From the NCBI GenBank assembly GCA_028703475.1, contig JAQVMU010000003.1, positions 1 through 53,411 of the forward strand: a stretch of 53,411 nucleotides of DNA, read 5' to 3'. A program made the position numbers and the translations under genes. The notes beneath the pieces are model-generated. The model saw nothing but the letters and a program-made list of their open reading frames with translations, ran no database searches and was not told the origin of the DNA. Shown here one piece after another: positions 1-8,611 of this stretch (position 1 is its first letter; every line of letters begins with the position of its first letter). Source of the DNA: Atribacterota bacterium. GTDB taxonomy: Bacteria > Atribacterota > Phoenicimicrobiia > Phoenicimicrobiales > Stramentimicrobiaceae.

Positions 1-39
1 AGATAGTGAATTACTATTAATTCAGTAATGAGTAAAATT

Positions 40-310
40 GGTCTACCTGTCTGCCAGTCACCCGGTCTACCTGTCAAATACAAAAGAAAAAAATACGGAG
101 AGTGGGTTGCAAGAAAAGAAATTAGTTTTCGGTGTACAGTTAATTCCGTATACCGTATACGGTATAACGTGAAAATGTGCAAGCAAGAGTTATAAAGTAC
201 AAGTTGCAAGATGAAAATTTCGTTTTCAGTTTACAGTTTGCGGTTTTTAGTCAAAATACAAGAATAAAAAAAGAAAGCTAAACTTGTACATAGTATAACG
301 TATAACGTAA
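40..310. repeat. Mosaic of short-period (7-8 bp) degenerate tandem repeats
   Basis: Octamers GGTCTACC/TGTCTGCC/AGTCACCC/GGTCTACC at 40-75. Heptamers CCGTATA-CCGTATA-CGGTATA at 146-166, TTTCAGT-TTACAGT-TTGCGGT at 224-244, and GTATAAC x2 at 293-306. No ORF in the track here. Confidence 0.75.
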
Positions 311-330
311 AGAAAATAAAAGCAAATTCA

Positions 331-514
331 CCACCCCCACCTTAATCCTCCCCCCTCAAGGGGGAGGAGACTGGGTTGGAAAATCCTTCCCTCAAGGGGG
401 AGGAGACGAAGAGAGCTAAATCTTTTCCTCAAGGGGGAGGAGACGAAGAGAGCTAAATCCTACCCTCAGGGGGAGGAGACGAAGAGAGCTAAATCTTTCC
501 TGAAGGGGGAGGTT
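331..514. repeat. Tandem array of ~37-bp purine/pyrimidine-skewed palindromic units (BoxC/REP-like)
   Basis: First unit has a perfect stem TCCTCCCCC(346-354)-CTCAA-GGGGGAGGA(360-368). It is followed by near-identical units at 381-417, 418-454 and 455-490 (AAATCyTwyCCTCArGGGGGAGGAGACGAAGAGAGCT) and a partial unit at 491-512. Confidence 0.9.
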
Positions 515-660
515 TATATTTATTGGCTATATGTATAGGAAAAGATTTAAAAAATATGATTTAAAGAGTTGAGATTAGTGAATTATATGTTTATACTATA
601 ATTCAATTCATTATAATTACATTTTTAGTGTAGAATATATAGTAGTACTTATATTTTAAA

Positions 661-1830
661 ATGAGGCAAAAAGAACATATGAAAATATTAATTGTTGGGG
701 CTGGGCCGGTGGGCTGTTATGCTGCGCAGCTGTTAAAAGAAAGAGGATATAAGCCGATAGTATTAGAAGAGCATCCTAATGTAGGCAAGCCGGTGCAATG
801 TGCCGGTATTGTTTCATCAAAACTTATTTCAACTATAACACCATATATATCTGAAGAAGCAATTCTCAGAAAAGTTGACGGATTCGTAATAAATACTCCC
901 TGGACAGAGGAGTTTACTATTAATGTTCCACAAATTGCCTGTATTGTAAACAGGGAAAGATTTGACATAGATATTGGAAGAGGACTGGATATCCGTCTCG
1001 GGAGGCGGGTTACAAGAATAACCAGAGAAAATAAAGGTTATTGTGTTTACACAAATCAGAAGGAAGAGTTTGAAGCAGATGTATTGATTGGTGCAGATGG
1101 CCCTGATTCAATTGTACGCAAGTACCTGCTTAATATATATAATAGTAAAAGTAATAATAATGAATTTAGAATAATCTATTATTATGGTATGCAGTATCAG
1201 ATAAAATTAAAGGAAACCTATTCAAAAATTACCAATGGTTTTATACAGGTCTATTTTGATAAGGATATTCCCTTTTTTCTCTGGGTGATACCTGAAAGTA
1301 GCAGGGTATTACGTGTAGGAGTTGTTGGTATAAAACCCGGGAATGCAAAAAAGTTATTAGATGATTATATTGATAATAAAAAGATAGAGGGAGAAATATC
1401 TGATGTAGTTGCCGGTAAGATAGCCATAGGGTATATACCTACCTATAGTGATAATATTGCCCTGGTGGGAGATGCAGCCTGTCAAATGAAACCATTAACA
1501 GGAGGAGGGCTTTCTTTTGGGATCAAATCTGCAAAAATTCTTGCTGATTGCATAGCGGAGCATAAGCTGGAAGAATATGACAGCATATGGAAAAGGAATG
1601 TAGGTAAAGAAATAAATTTTGGTTTAAAGGCAAGAGAAATATATGAACAACTGGATGAAGCACAGAAAAAGAAAGTTTTTTTGTTGTTTAAAAAAAATTC
1701 TGCTTTTATTGAGCAGGCAGCTGAATTTGACAACCATTCCAGGTTATTCAGCAAAGCCCTTAAAAACCCGCAGTTATTGTTGGATGCAGGTAAATTATTG
1801 GTATATTATCTGGAAAACATGCTAAAATGA
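661..1830 (+). CDS. Geranylgeranyl reductase-family FAD-dependent oxidoreductase (start may be ATG 679)
   Basis: N-terminal GAGPVG dinucleotide-binding motif, PVQCAG, LIGADGPDS, FFLWVIP (YxWxFP-like), GDAACQMKPLTGGG. Confidence 0.8.
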   Translation: MRQKEHMKILIVGAGPVGCYAAQLLKERGYKPIVLEEHPNVGKPVQCAGIVSSKLISTITPYISEEAILRKVDGFVINTPWTEEFTINVPQIACIVNRERFDIDIGRGLDIRLGRRVTRITRENKGYCVYTNQKEEFEADVLIGADGPDSIVRKYLLNIYNSKSNNNEFRIIYYYGMQYQIKLKETYSKITNGFIQVYFDKDIPFFLWVIPESSRVLRVGVVGIKPGNAKKLLDDYIDNKKIEGEISDVVAGKIAIGYIPTYSDNIALVGDAACQMKPLTGGGLSFGIKSAKILADCIAEHKLEEYDSIWKRNVGKEINFGLKAREIYEQLDEAQKKKVFLLFKKNSAFIEQAAEFDNHSRLFSKALKNPQLLLDAGKLLVYYLENMLK

Positions 1831-1857
1831 TATTAACAAGAAATAGGAGGGAAAAGT

Positions 1858-2928
1858 ATGAAAGCAATAATATTATGTGCCGGAAAAGGAACAAGGTTAA
1901 GACCGCTTACCCATACCAGTGCTAAACATCTTATTCCTCTGGCGAATAAACCTGCCTTAGAGTACGGTATCGAAAAAATAATAGAGTGTGGAATAAATGA
2001 AATCGGTATTATTATTGGAGAAGAAACCGGGGATGATATCAGGAGAGAGATTGGTGATGGTGAAAATTGGGGAATTAATATCAGCTATATTTTACAGGAA
2101 GAGCCTTTAGGCTTAGCCCATGCGGTCAAGATAGCCCGTGATTTTCTGCAGGAAGAACCTTTTTTGATGTACCTGGGTGACAATTTACTAAAGGACGAAA
2201 TATCTCAATATCGCAAAAAATTTGAAGAGGGCAAAAGGCAAGCTTTTGTACTTTTGACTCATGTGGAGAATCCTCAGTCTTTTGGTATTGTTGAATTGAA
2301 GGACAAAAAGATTGTGCGAATGGTGGAAAAACCGAAAAATCCTTCTTCAGATCTGGCGCTTATTGGAGTTTATTTCTTTGAAAAAACCATTCACGAGGCT
2401 ATTGATAATATTAAGCCTTCTGCCAGGGGGGAACTGGAAATTACTGATGCTATCCAATGGCTTATTGATAATAATTATGATGTAGAGGCTGAAGTCATTG
2501 ACGGCTGGTGGAAAGATACCGGCAAACCTGCTGATATTATTGAGGCAAACCGTCTCATATTGGAAGATATTCACCGGGATTTAGGAAATGCCAGCATTGA
2601 TAGTAAATCAAAAGTATTAGGCAGGGTTAATTTAGGAAAAAATGTAGAAATTATTAATTCAACGATATTAGGCCCGGTGATGATTGGTGATAATGCACAG
2701 ATAATAAATTCATATATTGGCCCTTTTACTTCATTGTCTAATGCTGTCAGGGTTGAAAATGGTGAAGTCGAATACAGTGTGATAATGGCAAATACTCATA
2801 TTGAAAATGTAAATTGCCGTATGCAGAATTGCTTGATTGGAAAAGATGTACGTATTTATCGTTCACAAAAAATGCCTATTAATTATGAATTTATACTGGC
2901 AGATGACAGCCAGGTAAGGTTGATTTGA
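1858..2928 (+). CDS. rmlA: Glucose-1-phosphate thymidylyltransferase, long form with C-terminal left-handed beta-helix
   Basis: LCAGKGTRLRPLT, QEEPLGLAHAV, YLGDN, EKP, RGELEITDA, WWKDTG motifs; hexapeptide-like C-terminus; RBS GGAGGG upstream. Confidence 0.88.
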   Translation: MKAIILCAGKGTRLRPLTHTSAKHLIPLANKPALEYGIEKIIECGINEIGIIIGEETGDDIRREIGDGENWGINISYILQEEPLGLAHAVKIARDFLQEEPFLMYLGDNLLKDEISQYRKKFEEGKRQAFVLLTHVENPQSFGIVELKDKKIVRMVEKPKNPSSDLALIGVYFFEKTIHEAIDNIKPSARGELEITDAIQWLIDNNYDVEAEVIDGWWKDTGKPADIIEANRLILEDIHRDLGNASIDSKSKVLGRVNLGKNVEIINSTILGPVMIGDNAQIINSYIGPFTSLSNAVRVENGEVEYSVIMANTHIENVNCRMQNCLIGKDVRIYRSQKMPINYEFILADDSQVRLI

Positions 2929-2969
2929 TAAAACTATTATTTGTAGCAAAGAAAAATTGTACTCAATAA

Positions 2970-5900
2970 TTAAAAAGAAATTCCTGTTTGAAAATAAAAT
3001 CGAAATGCAGAATCGCCAGTAAGGGATTTTCCTGCTCCAATTGTCAGGGTAAGAGGTGTTCCCCGGGCTTGTTTAAATTTAAAATGCAACTCTGCACCGG
3101 CAGAAGCATGGATATTTTGATCAAATGGAATAAAATTTCCTTCCCATGAATTTCCGGCATCTAAAAATAGTGTGCCGGAGATTCTATCTAAAAAGACAGA
3201 TGCCCAGTCAAATCCGATTTTTTTCTCGACTGACTTGATAGGGAAACGATATTCTGCACTAAAGGATAATAAGTTGTTCCCGCTAAATGCATTTGAGGGG
3301 AATCCCCGCAAGGGAAAGCTTCCTCTGTTAACTGAGCTGGGAGAAGTATTGTTAGCATTCCCGCCTAAATAGAAAAGCTCTTCTTTATTTAATTCTCCTG
3401 TTGCTGTACCGGCAACCAATCTTAATGCCAGTACCTGATTTTTACCTGAAAGGGGTAAATAATTTCTTCCATCAAATAATACTTTATGGAATGTATCATC
3501 ACTCCCGATGAGATGATTTGCATGCTGATAACTTAAAGACAATGAATAGCCGGTTTCCGGGCTAATAGAGGACTGGTAAGTTTCTGTATCATTATAGTTA
3601 TAGCTAAAGATGATAGAATTAATATTCTTGTAAACATTATTGTTATCATTATCGTCACCTGAATTTATACTGTATAAATCATTTTGAAATGCAAAAGAGA
3701 TATTTTTATTGTAAAAGCGGCCATAATCCTGTTGTGAAGTATAGCCCTCCCGGTGAAAAGTTGTTTTTGCCTGAAATCTTGAAGTAGTTGATTCAGGGTC
3801 AAGGAAATTATTCAATCGATTATCTTCAAGCAAGGTTTCTCCCTGCCATGATAATGAATAAATGGGATTGTTATTGGCATAATCGATAAGACTGATATCA
3901 TAGTAGACCGCTGGACTCATAAGACCTTTGGCTATGGTAAATGGCAAATTATAGAATTGCAGATAATCCTGGGCTATGCTTGAAAAACCCAGGTATAGGT
4001 CATTCCGGGTTAAGGTAAGATAGGGAGTCCAGTAGGTTGGCAGGATGCTGTCCCATGGGGAATAGGGTTTAGTTATATTTTGATACAGGGGACGGTTCTC
4101 TGTATCACGGTTTTCGCCCTGCAGTGTCTGATACAGAGAACCGTCCCCTGTATCAGTATGGTCAACCGGTTCCCAGAGCAGGTCTTCAGTTTTGGAAAGA
4201 TGCAGTTCATAACCTGTGGGATGGTATTGTATGAAAGCCATATAATTATTGCAGGGAGATACTGCCGGCTCGAAAGCACCTGTTAGTACATTGGTCATTC
4301 TAAACAGTTCTTTATCTTCTATACTATAAGCATACAGGTTATATATTCCGGTCCTGTCTGAAGAAAAGTACAGGTGTTTTCCGTCTGCTGACCAGCTGGG
4401 GCTTATATCGGTATAATTATCAATGGCAATGGCATAGGAAGACTCTATCTGGTTATCTTTGTCTAATGCTAAAATATAAATATCCTGGTAACCGTTTTGC
4501 CATAAAGAAAGGGCAATATGGCTTCCGTCCGGTGACCAGACCGGATGCGATATCTGTGTGCCATCTTTAAAGTCGGTGAGGTAGATTAAATCAGAAAAAG
4601 ATAATAAATCCCCCTCTTTATAATTATCAACAGGTATTGCAGTAGAACCAGTATTTAGATTTTTCATAAGGTCCTGGCTAACAGAGAAAAGAACAAGATT
4701 ATTGGTTCCTGCATTATTGATAACCGCCACAACCTGGTTCCTGGATTTATCCGGATTCCAGCTTGGGTCTTTAATTCTCATTCCGTCTGATATTTTTAAC
4801 TGCCTGCCTGTTTGCAGGCTGTATAGAAAAATATCGCTGTATTGATAATATTGTTCATATTGAGACAGTCTTGTATAAAGAAGAAATGAATTATCTGGAG
4901 ACAGGCTATATGAAAACCCATGTCCGTTAACACGATTAATAATAATGTTTTCTTCTTTGCTATTTAGTGAATAACTGCGAATAGTTGGGTATAATTCTAA
5001 ATTGTTTACTCTGTATAAAATAGAGGTAGAATTATTCCCAGTATTTGTTAGCCATATTGGATTATCAACCCAGTATTTGTGGTTTGTGATTTGGTCAGAA
5101 GCGGTAAGAGAACTATTTTGATATACTTCTTCAGCCTGTTTTTGATAATGGCTGAACTGTTCTTCCTGCCACTCCTGGTAAAGCTGTTCCTGGTCAATAT
5201 TAAGGGTTTTTTTAATTGCCCAGTTCATACCCAGAAGAGGATATGCGCAAAAATATTCACTAATTTTAATTAAGTTTTCTTCACCAAACTTAGCAGCGAT
5301 ATAATGTACCAATGATTGACCGTAAACATAAGGTGCGGTACCTGCTGGCCAGGAAGTTAGGTAGGAACTTTGAAGCAGTTTAAGGTCAATAGGCTCACTT
5401 TTTAAAAAATCTGAACGGAGGTACATATCATACCTGGTATCCTGTAATCGGCCACCACTGCTGTTCTGGCTTTCATAATAAATTGCCATACCTTCGGTTG
5501 CCCACATGGGCTGCAAGGCATTTGGTGCAATAATTTGTCCTAAAAAAAAGCGAAGAAAGGAAGTTGTCTTAGCGGTCATTTCAAAATGTGCCAGATGAGT
5601 ATATTCATGGGTTATTACTATCTTAAGCCAATTTTCAAATTTCGTATCAAAGCTTTTAAAATTGGGAGCAGTCAGGTTTATCCTTATTAACCGATGCGGT
5701 AAGACAGTAGCAAATCCATAGACAGAATCGCTAAAGTCTTCAAGTATAATTGCTATTTTCCGGTTTTTATGAAAAGGTTCACCAAAATTGGGAGTTATTT
5801 GCTCATAAGTCGCTTCGGCTATTTCCAGGACATTAGATGCTGTATTACTGTAGTCGAAATAATATTGGTTGAGTGGGCTTTCACCTGGGAAAATAACTAA

Positions 5901-6056
5901 AAAATGTGTACTTTCGGTAACCTGCCAATTCAGAGAAGGGTCATAAGTTTTTGATTGAACACAGGTGCTAAAAAGAAAAATTTGTATTAATATTAGTGTT
6001 ATCAATATCAATGGATTGGATTTAATTAAAAAAATATTCTCTTTTAATTTAATCAT
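2970..6056 (-). CDS. Omp85/BamA-barrel outer-membrane protein with N-terminal gluzincin-like metallopeptidase domain and PD40/TolB beta-propeller
   Basis: Signal peptide. HEYTH (aa 150-154) plus WATEG. PD40-like repeats (SLSPDNS, DPSWNP, HPVWSPDG, SPSWSADG, EPAVSP). Omp85 barrel motifs (FYLGG, FPLRGF, SAEYRFP, LFLDAGNSW). C-terminal Phe (FQTGISF). Confidence 0.8.
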   Translation of the reverse strand: MIKLKENIFLIKSNPLILITLILIQIFLFSTCVQSKTYDPSLNWQVTESTHFLVIFPGESPLNQYYFDYSNTASNVLEIAEATYEQITPNFGEPFHKNRKIAIILEDFSDSVYGFATVLPHRLIRINLTAPNFKSFDTKFENWLKIVITHEYTHLAHFEMTAKTTSFLRFFLGQIIAPNALQPMWATEGMAIYYESQNSSGGRLQDTRYDMYLRSDFLKSEPIDLKLLQSSYLTSWPAGTAPYVYGQSLVHYIAAKFGEENLIKISEYFCAYPLLGMNWAIKKTLNIDQEQLYQEWQEEQFSHYQKQAEEVYQNSSLTASDQITNHKYWVDNPIWLTNTGNNSTSILYRVNNLELYPTIRSYSLNSKEENIIINRVNGHGFSYSLSPDNSFLLYTRLSQYEQYYQYSDIFLYSLQTGRQLKISDGMRIKDPSWNPDKSRNQVVAVINNAGTNNLVLFSVSQDLMKNLNTGSTAIPVDNYKEGDLLSFSDLIYLTDFKDGTQISHPVWSPDGSHIALSLWQNGYQDIYILALDKDNQIESSYAIAIDNYTDISPSWSADGKHLYFSSDRTGIYNLYAYSIEDKELFRMTNVLTGAFEPAVSPCNNYMAFIQYHPTGYELHLSKTEDLLWEPVDHTDTGDGSLYQTLQGENRDTENRPLYQNITKPYSPWDSILPTYWTPYLTLTRNDLYLGFSSIAQDYLQFYNLPFTIAKGLMSPAVYYDISLIDYANNNPIYSLSWQGETLLEDNRLNNFLDPESTTSRFQAKTTFHREGYTSQQDYGRFYNKNISFAFQNDLYSINSGDDNDNNNVYKNINSIIFSYNYNDTETYQSSISPETGYSLSLSYQHANHLIGSDDTFHKVLFDGRNYLPLSGKNQVLALRLVAGTATGELNKEELFYLGGNANNTSPSSVNRGSFPLRGFPSNAFSGNNLLSFSAEYRFPIKSVEKKIGFDWASVFLDRISGTLFLDAGNSWEGNFIPFDQNIHASAGAELHFKFKQARGTPLTLTIGAGKSLTGDSAFRFYFQTGISF
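4081..4155. repeat. Perfect 27-bp inverted repeat pair with 21-bp spacer (REPIN-like doublet) inside the Omp85 gene
   Basis: TGATACAGGGGACGGTTCTCTGTATCA (4081-4107) is the exact reverse complement of 4129-4155. Each arm is itself an imperfect palindrome (TGATACAG...CTGTATCA). Confidence 0.95.
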
Positions 6057-6219
6057 TTCTTACTAATCAATTCTCCCTGAGTTATGTTATTATAATTATA
6101 ACTATAACTTGTTTTGAAATTGCTTACAATAAAAACAAAGAAAAAAATATGATTGTCTTGGAAACTATAACAATATTAAGGTATAATAAAAAAATTCAGA
6201 ATTGGTCCGGAGGTATACT

Positions 6220-7353
6220 TTGGCAATAAAAAAAGATAAAAATAAGAAAAATACAGCTGTGAAGAAAAAGAATAAATTATTTGATATTATGTTTTATAGT
6301 ATAAGTGTTATAGTAATACTTGTTTTACTTTTTATTGGACTCAGACAAAGAGGCTGGTTGCCTTTATGGATTGATAAATTACCATCATCACAAGTTGCAG
6401 AGTTATCTGCAGAAACCAGGGAAAGAAGAGCCGGATTTGATATTATTAATGCCCATGAGCATGTCCAAAGTGAGGAGAATATCCCCATGTTAAAACAGGC
6501 AATGGAAGACTGCCAGGTTGAAAAAATGGTTATGCTGGGAACCTCTGACTTTACATTTTACCTTAATCCTGATTATGGGTTTACAGGCTATGACGAAAAT
6601 AATGAAATTATCATAAAAATCAGTAATGAAAATCCTGATGAATTTGCAGCTCTGATAACCATGGATCCCAGGGATGATATGAAACTGGAAAAATTAAAAA
6701 GATATATTGATGCAGGGGCGGCAGGAGTAAAGTTATATAACGGACATGGCAGTTTTTATGATTTATTTTTTAAGATGCCATTAGATGAACCAGGAATGAT
6801 GGAAGTATATGAATATTGTGAAAAAGAATCCATACCAATACTTCATCATATTAATAGCGGGAGATTTTTAGAAGAAATGGAACATGTTTGCCAGGAATAT
6901 CCGGACCTGGTACAGATTGTTCCTCATTTTATGTTATCTTCCGGCAATTTAACAAGATTAACAAGATTGATGGATACTTATCCACAACTCTATACAGATA
7001 TAAGCTTTGGCCACCCGGATTTTTTAGTAGCCGGATTTGGAAGGATATCCAATAACTATATTGCCTTTAGAGATTTTATAAAAAAATACCGGGAACGGAT
7101 TACATATGGCACCGATTTGGTTGTTACGACCTATCAGGCAAAAACACGTGCTTACATAGATGATATACATCTCGCCTATATGGATTTGTTGGAAAAAGAA
7201 GAATTTTCATTACCAGGAAGTATTTACAAGATGATGTCTGCCGGTGAGAGGGAAAAGGTTGACCAGGAGAGAGTATTTAAGGGTTTGAATCTGGATGACG
7301 AAACGCTTCAGCTGATTTACCATGATAATGCACAAAAATTGTTTTTTCAATAG
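6220..7353 (+). CDS. Membrane-anchored amidohydrolase (amidohydro_2 / TIM-barrel metal-dependent hydrolase)
   Basis: TTG 6220 follows RBS GGAGGT (6209-6214) and is preferred over 6202. Lys-rich N-tail plus one TM helix. Metal-ligand motifs NAHEH, VKLY, ILHH, VPHF, YGTD. Confidence 0.75.
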   Translation: MAIKKDKNKKNTAVKKKNKLFDIMFYSISVIVILVLLFIGLRQRGWLPLWIDKLPSSQVAELSAETRERRAGFDIINAHEHVQSEENIPMLKQAMEDCQVEKMVMLGTSDFTFYLNPDYGFTGYDENNEIIIKISNENPDEFAALITMDPRDDMKLEKLKRYIDAGAAGVKLYNGHGSFYDLFFKMPLDEPGMMEVYEYCEKESIPILHHINSGRFLEEMEHVCQEYPDLVQIVPHFMLSSGNLTRLTRLMDTYPQLYTDISFGHPDFLVAGFGRISNNYIAFRDFIKKYRERITYGTDLVVTTYQAKTRAYIDDIHLAYMDLLEKEEFSLPGSIYKMMSAGEREKVDQERVFKGLNLDDETLQLIYHDNAQKLFFQ

Positions 7354-7365
7354 TATAATATGATA

Positions 7366-7470
7366 CAGTTTTCGGTTTTCAGTAAAATACAAACAATAAA
7401 AAGATAAAGGATAATCAATAAATGCAGTCGGTTAGTCCTCCGGTCTGCCGGTCTACCAGTCATTACAAAA
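7366..7470. repeat. Second copy of the 7/8-bp periodic intergenic element
   Basis: 7366-7402 CAGTTTTCGGTTTTCAGTAAAATACAAACAATAAAAA resembles 221-270. 7426-7465 AGTCGGTT-AGTCCTCC-GGTCTGCC-GGTCTACC-AGTCATTA resembles 40-75. Confidence 0.7.
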
Positions 7471-7666
7471 GATAAGAAAGAGCAAGATTAGGGGAATAAA
7501 AAGGCAGTATTCTTATTGCCGATATGGTATGTGTATTGTATATTAACCATATTTACTGATATTAAATAGCATAAAGCAGGCTTTGAAAAAGATGTGAATC
7601 GGTAATTTTTTTTGTATATAATCATATGAGTTTACTGGAATATTTTAGAAAGGGAACATATAAAGA

Positions 7667-8611
7667 GTGGATTATATATTAGTTGCAGGAATTGCATTTT
7701 TTGTGTCATATATTATAACACCCTATATTGCCCGGGTCGGGAAAAAACAAAACCTGGTTGATAACCCTGGCTATCGAAAGATCCATAGTGATTCAGTGCC
7801 GAACTTAGGTGGGATTGTTATCTTTTTTGGTTTCATTATAAGTGTATTGCTTGTTATTCCGATAGAGTTTAACACAAGAGGACTGTTAGCCGGTGGTGCT
7901 ATTATTCTTTTGTTGGGAATAATTGATGATATTGTTGACTTAAGACCCCGTTATAAATTTATAATTCAGATGATACCTGCCTTATTAGTTATTATCTTTA
8001 ATTATCAACTTTTCAATAATTTTATAATCCTGAAATTATCTGTTTTTGGCATTGCTGGTTATTTATTTTATCCCTTGATATTATTCTGGATTACAGGGGT
8101 TACTAACTCGATTAACCTGATTGACGGATTGGACGGATTAGCTTGCGGGGTGTCGGTTATATCCCTGGGAACCCTTTTTTTACTGGGTTTAAATATTAAT
8201 GGTAATTTTGCGATATATAATCTTCTAACTGTTGCTTTATCAGGGAGCATGCTGGCTTTTTTATATTATAATTTTTTTCCGGCGAAGATGTTTTTAGGAG
8301 ATTCAGGCAGCACTTTTGCCGGTTATATGATTGCATCAATAGGCTTATTATGGGTGGTCCTGTCAGGGGAAGCTTTGTTATTATTGGTGCCCCTGGTTAT
8401 TTTGGTTCTTCCGATAGGGGACACACTATTTGCAATATTTAGAAGGTATAGAAATAAAAAACCTATTTTTCAGGCAGATCAGGGGCATTTACATCATCGA
8501 TTGTTAAAAAAAGGAATTACTCATCGTAATGTAGTGCTGATATTATTAGGAGTTAATCTAATATGCTGCTTAATAGCTTTAGGTATTGCTTATTTTGTGA
8601 TAAAATCCTGA
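7667..8611 (+). CDS. wecA: Undecaprenyl-phosphate GlcNAc-1-phosphate transferase (WecA/TagO, MraY-like GT4 family)
   Basis: PNLGG, GIIDD, NSINLIDGLDGL, FLGDSGS and DQGHLHHRL motifs intact; polytopic membrane protein; GTG start after AAGGGA. Confidence 0.88.
   Translation: MDYILVAGIAFFVSYIITPYIARVGKKQNLVDNPGYRKIHSDSVPNLGGIVIFFGFIISVLLVIPIEFNTRGLLAGGAIILLLGIIDDIVDLRPRYKFIIQMIPALLVIIFNYQLFNNFIILKLSVFGIAGYLFYPLILFWITGVTNSINLIDGLDGLACGVSVISLGTLFLLGLNINGNFAIYNLLTVALSGSMLAFLYYNFFPAKMFLGDSGSTFAGYMIASIGLLWVVLSGEALLLLVPLVILVLPIGDTLFAIFRRYRNKKPIFQADQGHLHHRLLKKGITHRNVVLILLGVNLICCLIALGIAYFVIKS

Noticed and set aside
343-512. CRISPR array
   Set aside because: The units are ~37 bp, but the sequence between palindromes is identical rather than unique spacers, and no cas genes are present. 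This is a tandem repeat.
4073-4286. Two short ORFs (4073-4279 minus, 4080-4286 plus) with near-identical peptides
   Set aside because: The mirror-image text arises from the 27-bp inverted repeat; neither ORF has an RBS or family motif, and both lie inside the Omp85 gene.
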